A DNA stretch of 64,000 bases from Neoechinorhynchus agilis (Eukaryota > Animalia > Acanthocephala), in NCBI GenBank assembly GCA_051530055.1, contig CM121341.1:3090151-3154150 (forward strand). The letters run 5' to 3'. Position numbers and translations under genes: made by a program. How positions within the stretch are numbered: the first letter of the stretch is position 1; each line of letters begins with the position of its first letter. Below the pieces are notes generated by a model. It ran no database searches. It saw only the letters and a program-made list of their open reading frames with translations, and was not told where the DNA came from. Below, piece after piece: positions 35,678 to 45,757 of this stretch.

Positions 35678-38600
35678 TTGGTCAGTATCGGCAACACCAA
35701 CGTGGTTGGTCAAACCCGAAAAAACATTGATAATCTCCTTTATTCATCATCCCAACCAACGGATATCGACGACGACGACGAGGACGGGTCGCCGAGTATC
35801 CGTCACACCCTAGCCTTTAACCCCGTTCATCATCGCCACGATTTGAACCAAATGACCAGCGACGACGGCCAATCATCACCCGAATGTACAAATCACTCAC
35901 CCCACAGTTCACGTGTCAAATATTTGTGTATATGTCGCCCGGCGCCCCAGCAGCAGCAACATTCGAGCACCTCGCCAGCGCTGGTCGACTATTTGAGACA
36001 ATTGGTGATTTCCACTTATCCTGTTGTATGCATCAGACGGCATGAATGCTCTGGACCTTCACTGACCGCCACCACATCGCGTGAAACGCCTATAGAGGTT
36101 GATACGGAAAGTGAGAAAAACACCATGAAGAAACCGATGACGGCCACACCTGCGGATAGTGGATTTTCGGACGACGCTACCGGTGGTTGTGTTGTTGATG
36201 CAATGTCGACTACTATTCCCGCAGCACCTTCGAAGCAAAACAGAAAACGATTTCCGAGAAGATATAGGTCAATGTCCGCAACTTCTTTAATGCTTGATGA
36301 AAATCGATTGCCGCTTAATCGGAAACTTATCACAGTCACTGACGGTTGTTATTATTACGCGAAAATGTGGCAGCGGCCACCGAATCGTCCTTTATTTAAC
36401 GATTGCCCGGAAATAGGCGCCGATCGTGGACGAGTGATCGCTCAAGAAGCAGCTCAACGAGTCCATTTTGAACCTGCTAAGAGACGTGAATGCAGTGTAC
36501 CAGCTGGATTTGGAGGACGAAGACGTCTTCGATTCACGACGTTTGCTCAACCGACGTCCGACGTGAAGTACAACGAACTCACTGTTTTACCAAGATTTCA
36601 TGCTGGAAGTAGACGTCCCCTTGAGGTTTCTAGTGAAAATGTGAAAGCTAAGCCGAAACTTCCTCGGTGGTTTGATGAGGTAGAGTATGGCATTGAAGAT
36701 TCGTTTGAGACACCCGTTAGTCCAGTTGAATACAGAGAAACGAATTTCCTCACAAAATCGACGTCTGACCTCTACACATCCGATTCGGCGTTCAACAGTG
36801 GTTGCGCATATTACGACAGTACTACTAATTCACCGTCGTATTCTGATTCATTTGCGGAAAATATGATGCCATCAATCACAAAGTCTAGGAAAGAAGACGA
36901 TAAAAGCAGTAAACCGGGTGAATGGAAACGAAAAGTGCACGGACAATTGGTGGATTCCGTGTTGGACGTAGACAATGTCGGTCTTACTCCCCTAGAGCAA
37001 AGTAAAGACTTTTGTGTAGCTGAAGTTAAGATTGAACCCACTCACGTTGAGGACTCTTCAATGTCTGACGACGCTCAAGGGATGAAACGTTCGGTGAAGA
37101 GCATCGTGGAGTACTTGGAAAACTATGAGAAAAACGAACTGAATGTAAGGAACAAAAGCCGCTCTTCTCTAGGGCGGAATTTCCAAGCACTTCTCGTAAG
37201 TGAAAATGGGTGGCAGAACGAAAAGAAATCACGTGTAAGCGAAACGTTCACTCTTGAACCAATGTTTACTCAAAGACCAAAACGTAGACCTGCGTCCATG
37301 GTATTGGATCATATTAATTTAAAAGAAGACGCTCCATCCAAGGTTTCCAATCGTCCATCAACTGATATACCCCACTCACATGTGGCCAAAGTTCGTAAAC
37401 AGTTCCTTGGAAGTAGTCAACCTTCAAACGGTCAATCAATGACTATTTCTGGTTCGATGTCTGAATCCATGGATGATCCAATCACAAAGGTAAGATTCCT
37501 TAATGCAGATGAAAACACTCAAATGTCGGAAATAAGTGAGCTTGTAAATAGAAAGGAATCTGTTTCACGCCTCAATGAGAATCGGAGTGATTTTGTTTCA
37601 ATGGGTTCAGCGATTGAACCACATATGGATAACTTTATCTCAGTTCAAAGACCGGAATGTAGTACCGATTCTCGAGTAGAACCAATTAAATCCCGAAAAA
37701 AACCTATCCGGGCTTTAGAGATAGATCGAAAACAGTCCGAATCTTTAGGGAAAGAACTTGATGATAGTTTTGCCGAAGAAAAGAGATTTCCAGTCGATGC
37801 AGATCGTATGTTTCCCAGTATTAAATCTAAACATAGAACAACGGAAATTGACGATCAAAATAGTATTTATGAGGTTATCGAAAGGGCAAGATATTCACTT
37901 AAGACGGTTCCTCCTATATCAAGCATCAATACAAGTTCCGAGAATGCACGAGAAATAAATGAAACCCGCGTTTGCATGGAACTTCCAACATTCTCTAACG
38001 AGACAAAATCTCTAGTTGAGAGTGCTGAGTCGAATGAGAAATCGGTGGAAGTTCGACAACTAAATCGCGCCACTGAAATTGATGGGAAATTCGATTTTTC
38101 ACTCGAGATTGTTTCGCCCAATTCCAGTATTCAATTGAGAGATGAGCTGGTAGAAATTCGAGAACTAAATCGCGCCACTGAAATTAATGGGAAATCAGAC
38201 TTTTCACTCGAACCCGTATCTACTTTTTCAAGTATTGAACCTAAGAATGTAAAGGTGGAAATTCGAGAACTAAATCGCGATGCAAAAGTCAATGGAAACC
38301 CGAATTTTTCGCTAGAGACAGTTTCCTCGACTTCCAGTGCCCAGCATCAATATATTTCAGCGGAAATCAAAGAACTTGAAATTCGTGATGACTTACTAAA
38401 TAGCCAGCGATACTCCATTGAGACACTCTCCCCGATTTCCAGTATCGAAAATTCAATTCAACAAGACTTCACTTGTGTTCGTATTGAAGAGCCTCGGGAA
38501 TTCATTGGAATCGTATCGGTGTCTCAGACATCTTCAGACAACGAGGAATCTGCATATCGATTCGATACGCCGAGAAAATCTCTGAACATAGAGGCGCTCC

Positions 38601-40966
38601 CCACTCCGGATGAAAGTTTGGTTAAAAAAACGGGCTCAATATCCGAAACAGACGAATGGATCACCGAGACTTTACCGACTTCATACGAATACTCCAGAAC
38701 AATTTCATCGACTCCTATTGATCAATCGATCGAAGAATTGCGTATTTCTACCGATGGATATTCGAACGGTCACACGGACTCATTTTTGCGACTTCATAAG
38801 CCCGACAAATCTCGTGGTTCATATCCGTCATTTGAAGGTTTAACATCTCTTCGGAAAATGGATCCGATATCGGAGAAGTGTGAGGAAGCGTTCAGTAGTG
38901 AGTATCCATGCGATACTACTCATGAATCGGTAGATATGTTTCCGGATGGGAACAGCATTTTGCAAAAGACTGAATCCATATGTGCTAATGATCACATTGT
39001 AAAGAGATCCGAGGAAATGGAAAAGGAAGTAGTCCGGAAATCTGAGATCGCGGGTGAACAACGAATTCAAACGTTCGGTACGCAGCGTTTCTCACTGGAT
39101 GCTGCAACGTTGGCCTCTTCGTCAAACAACCGTTTGTCTGCTCGTCGAATGGAGTCATCCGAAACTTCGTCCCTCAACGGCGAATCCGGTGCACGCGCGA
39201 CTCTTAGTTCCGAGATGGACGACAGAGATCGTTCTTGGTCAAGAGTTCTAACAAGTCAAACCTCTCAGGATGATCGGACATCGTCGACGTCTCATTCGAG
39301 CAACTACATTCGAATGGCCTCAACCGATGACAGCACTAATGGATACAAGCGAGCTTATGTGGTGAATTCAGAAAAGTTAAGGACGGCTGAACCGTTTACC
39401 GAGGAAACGACAAAAAGGGCGTTATCGGAAAACATGGAGAAATATCGGCTGCCATTGCGTGAACAAACTATGAATATCGGAAGCTCTGATCATTCAGCTG
39501 AAAGCATGATCAACGATAATTATCGTCGTCAATCAGGAAATGGGCGTGATTGGTCTAAAGACAGTGGACAATCATCGGTTCGATCTGTGAATGTGATCAG
39601 TGAACTTTCGAACATGGATTCTGGTATAACTGACAGTTCGACCGATGATACAAAAACACGGAATAGTACTTTATGCTGCCTTCCTTCTACAAATGGCCAC
39701 GATGTCTCAAAATCTCTTAAAAAGCGATTTCGATCGCTTCGATCAGTTAATAGATCTCATTCGAAGACAACCGATGCAATCAGATTACAGGTAACCTTCA
39801 CAAATTCCAGCAGCGGATCAGCCAATCGCTCAAGTGGAGAAAGCACGGTTTGTGTACAGGATAATAATCTGAGATCTGATTTTCATCAGGACCAGTCGGA
39901 AGTCGTTGGAGTTGTTAAAAGAGAAAAGATACCGGCCCGTGCAGGTATAAGTAGCTTCAATCAGACTGTCGGATCATGCACCGCTCTTCTTGACCGCGAT
40001 CTACCCACTGTGAGTATGAGGAATAACCACTCTAAGGCCGAAAAGAAGAATCGATTGAGTTCATTGTCTCACCGAATGTCAAGTTTTGCCAATGCCATTT
40101 TCCGACAAGACTCTCAGCATCTAAAGGAAGGTGTTGAATGGGACGAGTTGGCCGATCTAGCGATCGTAAGTGAACCGGAGCAAGCGAAAACAATCCCACT
40201 TGTAGTAGCCATAACAAAGCCATCCCGAATAGAACAAGAGGAAATTGGAGATTCGCCGGAGGAGAACCATTTTATTAGTACAGATAGTCTTAAAGTAAAG
40301 ACATCACATGCCCAAAAGGTCCATATATACAGTCCGATTTCCAGCATCAGCAGTGACCATAACCGCGAGCAATTGGACGAATTCGCGTCTCAGTTAATCC
40401 ATAAGGTTTTCCTGGATGTGGATAGTACCCGTAAAGCAACAATGAAAAGACCGTTGATAAAAACGACGCCGTTGATTCAAAGAGCCGAATTAAGTCCAAT
40501 AAAGAAGACTGAAATGCCCATAAAAATCGATAACTCATCTTCGGTGCCGTCGTTTCTTCAATCAAGTGAACAAATTGGCACTCCACGTACATCGACGCCC
40601 ATCCGAACGGAAACTGCCACTTGTGCCGTTCGTTATATCTCATCGGCGGATGACTTGATTTACTTAGGTCTTATGGGATGTCCTGTTGGAGACATTACCC
40701 TTCTTAGAATGCGAACGGGTTTACTATACGTCGTCAAATCAAGTCCACGAGCGAATTTCGCTCTTATGAATGGCGATCTGATCTCGAAAGTGAACTCCCG
40801 AGATGTAACAAAGATGAGTCTTGACGAAATTGTTCATATGTTCCGATCTTCTATATATTTCAATCTCACTTTTGAATACTGTAGGAGATATGACCGTGAA
40901 TGCTTATACCGATCCAATTGGCATACTAAAAAAGGTACGTTGGTTGTCCGACAAACCCAGTTGTAA
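35678..40966 (+). CDS. Giant single-exon ORF (~1760 aa): Ser/Glu/Thr-rich, probably disordered, with a C-terminal degenerate PDZ-like domain
   Basis: 5.3 kb without a stop. The C-terminus YLGLMG...GLLYVV...LMNGDLISKVNSRDVTKMSLDEIVHMFRSS..FNLTF fits a PDZ pattern (GD.I..VN..DV..M...E.V). The first codon is TTG and an acceptor ctag lies at 35669, so upstream exons are likely. Confidence 0.8.
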   Translation: MVSIGNTNVVGQTRKNIDNLLYSSSQPTDIDDDDEDGSPSIRHTLAFNPVHHRHDLNQMTSDDGQSSPECTNHSPHSSRVKYLCICRPAPQQQQHSSTSPALVDYLRQLVISTYPVVCIRRHECSGPSLTATTSRETPIEVDTESEKNTMKKPMTATPADSGFSDDATGGCVVDAMSTTIPAAPSKQNRKRFPRRYRSMSATSLMLDENRLPLNRKLITVTDGCYYYAKMWQRPPNRPLFNDCPEIGADRGRVIAQEAAQRVHFEPAKRRECSVPAGFGGRRRLRFTTFAQPTSDVKYNELTVLPRFHAGSRRPLEVSSENVKAKPKLPRWFDEVEYGIEDSFETPVSPVEYRETNFLTKSTSDLYTSDSAFNSGCAYYDSTTNSPSYSDSFAENMMPSITKSRKEDDKSSKPGEWKRKVHGQLVDSVLDVDNVGLTPLEQSKDFCVAEVKIEPTHVEDSSMSDDAQGMKRSVKSIVEYLENYEKNELNVRNKSRSSLGRNFQALLVSENGWQNEKKSRVSETFTLEPMFTQRPKRRPASMVLDHINLKEDAPSKVSNRPSTDIPHSHVAKVRKQFLGSSQPSNGQSMTISGSMSESMDDPITKVRFLNADENTQMSEISELVNRKESVSRLNENRSDFVSMGSAIEPHMDNFISVQRPECSTDSRVEPIKSRKKPIRALEIDRKQSESLGKELDDSFAEEKRFPVDADRMFPSIKSKHRTTEIDDQNSIYEVIERARYSLKTVPPISSINTSSENAREINETRVCMELPTFSNETKSLVESAESNEKSVEVRQLNRATEIDGKFDFSLEIVSPNSSIQLRDELVEIRELNRATEINGKSDFSLEPVSTFSSIEPKNVKVEIRELNRDAKVNGNPNFSLETVSSTSSAQHQYISAEIKELEIRDDLLNSQRYSIETLSPISSIENSIQQDFTCVRIEEPREFIGIVSVSQTSSDNEESAYRFDTPRKSLNIEALPTPDESLVKKTGSISETDEWITETLPTSYEYSRTISSTPIDQSIEELRISTDGYSNGHTDSFLRLHKPDKSRGSYPSFEGLTSLRKMDPISEKCEEAFSSEYPCDTTHESVDMFPDGNSILQKTESICANDHIVKRSEEMEKEVVRKSEIAGEQRIQTFGTQRFSLDAATLASSSNNRLSARRMESSETSSLNGESGARATLSSEMDDRDRSWSRVLTSQTSQDDRTSSTSHSSNYIRMASTDDSTNGYKRAYVVNSEKLRTAEPFTEETTKRALSENMEKYRLPLREQTMNIGSSDHSAESMINDNYRRQSGNGRDWSKDSGQSSVRSVNVISELSNMDSGITDSSTDDTKTRNSTLCCLPSTNGHDVSKSLKKRFRSLRSVNRSHSKTTDAIRLQVTFTNSSSGSANRSSGESTVCVQDNNLRSDFHQDQSEVVGVVKREKIPARAGISSFNQTVGSCTALLDRDLPTVSMRNNHSKAEKKNRLSSLSHRMSSFANAIFRQDSQHLKEGVEWDELADLAIVSEPEQAKTIPLVVAITKPSRIEQEEIGDSPEENHFISTDSLKVKTSHAQKVHIYSPISSISSDHNREQLDEFASQLIHKVFLDVDSTRKATMKRPLIKTTPLIQRAELSPIKKTEMPIKIDNSSSVPSFLQSSEQIGTPRTSTPIRTETATCAVRYISSADDLIYLGLMGCPVGDITLLRMRTGLLYVVKSSPRANFALMNGDLISKVNSRDVTKMSLDEIVHMFRSSIYFNLTFEYCRRYDRECLYRSNWHTKKGTLVVRQTQL
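38045..38460 (+). repeat. Coding tandem repeat, 105 nt / 35 aa, three clear units plus one degenerate
   Basis: Units start at 38045, 38150 and 38255 (VE[VI]R[QE]LNR....[DN]G...FSLE.VS..SS); the fourth is AEIKELEI...YSIETLSPISS. Confidence 0.9.
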
Positions 40967-42290
40967 CCAAAATACTCGGCTTTTTATCTTCGTGTCCATG
41001 TTCACTGTCTGCTCCTTTCTGTTCAACCTCACGAACGAGACTTGATCCTGTCACGTGTGTCTTATTTCAGTCTCATGTTGCTCAGAGTGAACCTGTTCTC
41101 CACTCTCTACAACCAGCTTTTCTTTTCCCTTGTCTCTTAAACCAATGCCGAGAAAAAGTAAGTCCTGTCATCTCCAAACAGCACATAGAATTGATTATTG
41201 TCTAATATACTCTTAAGAACATTCAGTTTTTAAATTCGTGGGTAGGGAGCCGTTGGAAAGTCACGGTAATAACGAAACCAATTGTCATAATAACAAATTG
41301 ATCGCTAATTCTAATTAGAAATTGCGTCGCTTTGTTGTTTTTTGAAAAGAGAAAGTAGTCGCAGAAACAAATTTCGACAAGGCGGATAAAATCCTGATTT
41401 GTTTCGTTGTTTTGAAACCATTTTACCAGCTTGAATAAATTCAGAAATGCTGAACTGCAGATCCACATAAATGGCTGTATTGCATAAATAAAAGCCGTCT
41501 TATATCGTTATCCTGATTCGAAAACAGTAGTCATCCATGCCACCACCGTGCAGGAATGTCGATTCAATTCCGAAGAGAGTTTGCAAAAAAATCGGGAGGG
41601 AGATATCGTTATACCTGCAATGGTGGTGCGAGACTACCTTAAAATGATTGTACCAGTTTTTTCTTATTGATTCTGAATAGACCTTAAAATCGAATACGAC
41701 ATTTTTAAACGGTTTTCGTTGTCTATTAAATCGCACAGTCTCACTATTTGATTTTTTTAAGTGCCTTAGAAGACATTGATTTAAATATTTTTAAAATTAG
41801 CATCGGACAGAAGATCGCCAACCACGTCGCTCTTTCTTATAATAGATCACTTGACTCGATATCTCTCTTTAAAATGCCATTCTTATTTCATTGTCTCGCA
41901 ACGAGCACATAGTGTCCAATTGAGGAAATTTTAGTTTTGCTGAATCGAAAATGAAATATTTAGGATTACGCAAAAAAATCTCTAGATTTGAATACGCCCT
42001 GTCCGGATTTCGTTAGCATATGCTGCCACTAGAACGCTCTATTTATAAATCTTAGTTTAGTAGTTCCCTCATTTATAGCGCAGAATATGTGAGATGTACA
42101 AGCGTTCCCTTACAATGAATTCAAATTATTAATTCATATTTAATGGTGGTGAACATTAATCTTGAACCGGGATTATGTTCAAAAATCAGTCAATATACAT
42201 ACCATCCCGGAGGATCTTCTTAGTATGATTATCAATTCATAAAACATTTCAATGAAAAAAATACGATTCATTGTTTTTTAAAGGTGATCA

Positions 42291-42469
42291 ACTTATTGTA
42301 TAGAATTCTTAACCCGATAAATAATGCTTTTTTTCTCCATTAAAAACGTTCCGTGAACATCGTCCGGTTAGAACTAACAAACTGATAATAAAAGCCGACG
42401 ATGTTCACAGAACGCTTTTAATGGAGAAAAATTATTTACCGGGGGGGTGAAGACTTGTGAACAATAAGT
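42291..42469. repeat. MITE-like foldback element (~35-bp tight core arms, extending to ~75 bp degenerate)
   Basis: ttttctccattaaaaacgttccgtgaacatcgtc versus gacgatgttcacagaacgcttttaatggagaaaa; outer acttattgt / acaataagt. Confidence 0.8.
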
Positions 42470-43764
42470 CTAATAATAGTATGAATCGCTGCTTGATTTT
42501 CCATGTGCATGTCTTAATTTGACATTTGTACGACCCAGATATAGTTGATTTATTTGCCTAGCTTTCGCCGTTTTACGGAGTTTTAAACAACAATTCTCTA
42601 ATCATCTAGCCCGGTACTTCCTCCTCCTTACTATTTTCAAGAATTTCCACTATGTTCATGGGCCACAACTTGCAATGTTCATGACTATTGCATCGTGGGT
42701 GTGGGTGTGACCAGCGATATTGTGATGCAATGAGTGTATTTTTGAAATCATTAGATTCCATCTTGCTTCTTTTTTTCCAAAAAAAAGCATTTAGGAGTGA
42801 ATGGGGTCAAGAATGACTTAACGGACGTCGCTTCCGATTTCTCCACTAGACAGTTCCTCATCGATGCCTTAGGTAGAGACCGTGTAAATGATGTAACCTC
42901 TCATCGTTCTACACAACACTGGTTAAGGAGGAGGAGGAGTATGTGTCGACACTTCAAGTCTCTTTGTTTGACAAAAGACACTCGTTTTTTGTTTGCTTCC
43001 TGGGAGAAAGTGGCACTTGTTAGATTTAGCATGCAAGTGAAAAATATAGGTACCAACAATCTTCTACTCCCGCCGCACGACAACCATTTCTCCCTTTTAA
43101 TATTACCATTTACGGTGTCTTTCCTGAAGCTTTATTGGAGGTGGACGTGAGAATTTTTAAATAGGAGATGATGGTTCGTCTGGTCACATTGGTCTCGGTC
43201 ATTGTGAAGACTCTATTTCCTCCACGGTTGTATAGAGCAAAGATAAACTTTAATCAATTTTTCCATCGAATTTCTTAAGTTATTATCTGTAGTACTACGC
43301 GGGCAGTCTGAATTATTTCTATTCTTTAAAATAGCTTAGAATTCTTTAAATGTTCTTTTTGTGAGCTTTGGCTCTTCCTCGAAGTTAAAATGAGTTATCA
43401 CAATGTATTCAGTAAATTTTATCCTTTATATAACACTTAATATGTCTTTAAAAATTACATTTGTCTTCCTGTGTAACATCCCGAAATGTTTAAACCCCTT
43501 GAAGTGTTTATCTTTCGAAAAATGGTTTATTTTAATCCATTTAAATCGTTTAAACTAAATCTGTGCAAGTCTACTGAAAGTATTTCAAAGTTCTTATCTC
43601 AACAATGTTTTACATTTTTACAGATATCATTTAACACAAAAATAGGGGTTTTAGTTACAGTCAAGACTTGATTTTTCAAAGATTTAATTTTTTAAGAGAA
43701 CAATCTTAATACTTGAAGTAATTTCAAAATAGTGGCTTTAACTTAAAATGGTTGGATTTCATTT

Positions 43765-44178
43765 GGCTATGAGAAATAGAGAATAATTTATCATTTCAGT
43801 TTCAATTAGCGATGTTTGATTCAGAAAAATAGATTTATCTTGAAAATTTTCGGTCTTTTCGTTGGCCTTCTTCAGTCAATTGTTTGCAAGCTTTTTTAAC
43901 TGACGCATTCACAGTTAAAAAAAAGCTTGCCGAAAATTTTCAAGATAAATCTATTTTTCGGAATAAACCATCGCTAATTGAAACTGAAACTATAATGAAT
44001 AATTTCTTTACAATTAATTTATTAATTTTCTTTTCACAATATTTCGTCCTTTACGTGGGACTTCTTCAGGTCTAAAAGGTAGGTCAAGGTGGCTTACCTT
44101 TTAAAACTGAAGTCCCACGTAAAGGACTAATTATTATGTGAAAGGGAATCAATAAATTAATCTGTATTTCTCATAGCC
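43765..44178. mobile_element. Outer MITE-like foldback element whose left arm is split by another MITE
   Basis: ggctatgagaaata (43765) plus caattaatttatt...gtcctttacgtgggacttc (44011 onward) together pair with gaagtcccacgtaaaggac...aataaattaatctgtatttctcatagcc (to 44178). Confidence 0.75.
43779..44008. mobile_element. Inner MITE with ~58-bp core TIRs and a TA target-site duplication (Tc1/mariner-like signature)
   Basis: tcagtttcaattagcgatg...ttgaaaattttcgg versus its reverse complement ending at 43987; TA at 43777-43778 and 44009-44010; a partial second copy lies at 54819-54902. Confidence 0.8.
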
Positions 44179-44338
44179 TAACAGAAAAATAGAAAATTTA
44201 ATGTTAAATCTCTCCATAACGATGGGCGCTAATAACGACGAATGCGTGCGAAACGTCGAGGGCGATTAAAAGTCGTCAGGGTAGTTAGAATGTTAAATTT
44301 AAGTGAATATTTTTGTGGAATATGAAATTTTCATTTTG

Positions 44339-44477
44339 TTTTTCTTAGTTTTGCAACCCCGCCGGATTTGAATCTTTATTAATTAATTTCCCCGATATTA
44401 CACGTTGGATAATACGAAATATCGAGGAAATAAGTTAGTAAAGATTCAAATCCTGCGGGATGGTAAAACTAAAAAAA
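44339..44477. repeat. Foldback hairpin (~60-bp arms, ~18-nt spacer)
   Basis: ttagttttgcaaccccgccggatttgaatcttta...ccgatatt versus aatatcgagg...taaagattcaaatcctgcgggatggtaaaactaa. Confidence 0.8.
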
Positions 44478-45069
44478 GAAAGTATTTTTCCCCATCGAAG
44501 GTAATCCAAAATACGAAATTTTTTTAAATAGCCTTTAACCCTATCTTAAAAATCGTTTTATGGGCTTCGTGTGATTTTTTGAACTACTCCTAGAAATTGA
44601 GTGGGTTTCATTAAGTTTAAAATCCTACCAATAGACCAGTATCCCGGTCTCTTATGTCCCGATAAGACGTATGTCTTTTCATCATCTGATTGACAATTCC
44701 GTATTCAAGCAAAACGGTATGACACAATCTCTTTTTTTGTGTAATGCTGGGAAAGTGGCACTTCAAGTACGTCTTTTATAGACTCTTCCCTTAAAAACGA
44801 CAGTAAACGTATATTTGAAACAAACGCAAGCATACAGTTTTCTTCGAGTTGCTCGTGTGCACTTTCCAACTCGACTTTGCATTCAATATGATTCTTCCAG
44901 TCAAGTTACGTCACTGATATTCAGTGTAAGAGCGTATAGTTTCAATTTTTTTAAATTTGAACTGTACACGTGCGTTTGTTTCTTTAATGTTTAAATTATT
45001 AATGGTTTGGAATCGGATTTAACCAAAGAGTTCTTTTAATACAACTTTCTTAATGCTTTTTCCCTTCTC

Positions 45070-45330
45070 GAGGTCGCGCAAAAACTTGCAGTCGCTAAAA
45101 TGTCGGTCCTCAGCCACACAATCTCTTGGTCCCTTCGATTTCCTCAACTTTTCGAATAAATCGATTCGGCTCTTCACCTTTCACCATATTTGATCCTCCG
45201 TTTCGCAATAACTTCCTCCACCTTCGTTGAGCCCCGGACCGCATTATTTGGGATCCACCTAATCATGTTGCATTCACTTGATGTGATTAAAAGTGGTGTT
45301 CCATGTCTCCGCCCCATATAACATGGCTGG
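45070..45330 (-). mobile_element. RTE-clade LINE 3' fragment
   Basis: PAMLYGAETW, then in a shifted frame ECNMIRW...VR...V.EVI.KRRI; both are typical of the RTE C-terminal region. Confidence 0.6.
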
Positions 45331-45757
45331 TCTGATTGCCATCACTAAAATTCTTTTAATAACGCCTCATAAACAAGCCTAAAGAACTCAAAATGTTTTC
45401 TTGAGTGGGATGTGTCTTTGTTTTTTTCACCGTTGTTATATCACGTTCGTTTTTAAATCGACGTTTAAACGAACACGCTTAAACAATCTCGCTCAGTCAC
45501 ATATCATTGTGTCTCGTAGCATTTAGTCCTCTATATTACACTGGTAAAGAGATACAGACTCCCTCTAGTCCTCCTTCGTCCCATCTCACGGTCAAACGTC
45601 TCGACGCTGAATAGCAGACAATGTGCGCATGCTTGAGGCGAATGCCATTTCTTATAAGTGCAAATGTGACAGTAGCGTCTCGGTCAAACACTGAGAATCG
45701 CTTCTCATTCCTTGTGCCCTCCTCAACCATCCTCTCCGTCTTATTTTAGCAATCAAA

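Noticed and set aside
41220-41740. Possible hAT/ZMYM-type transposase remnant
   Set aside because: Only vague similarity across broken frames; no diagnostic motif could be read.
42797-43150. 117-aa ORF and the overlapping 60-aa antisense ORF
   Set aside because: GTG start, no recognisable motif or splice support, and embedded among repeats; likely TE debris or chance.
45123-45136. miR-133-like string ttggtcccttc
   Set aside because: It has a mismatch within or next to the seed, shows no hairpin, and lies inside an RTE fragment.
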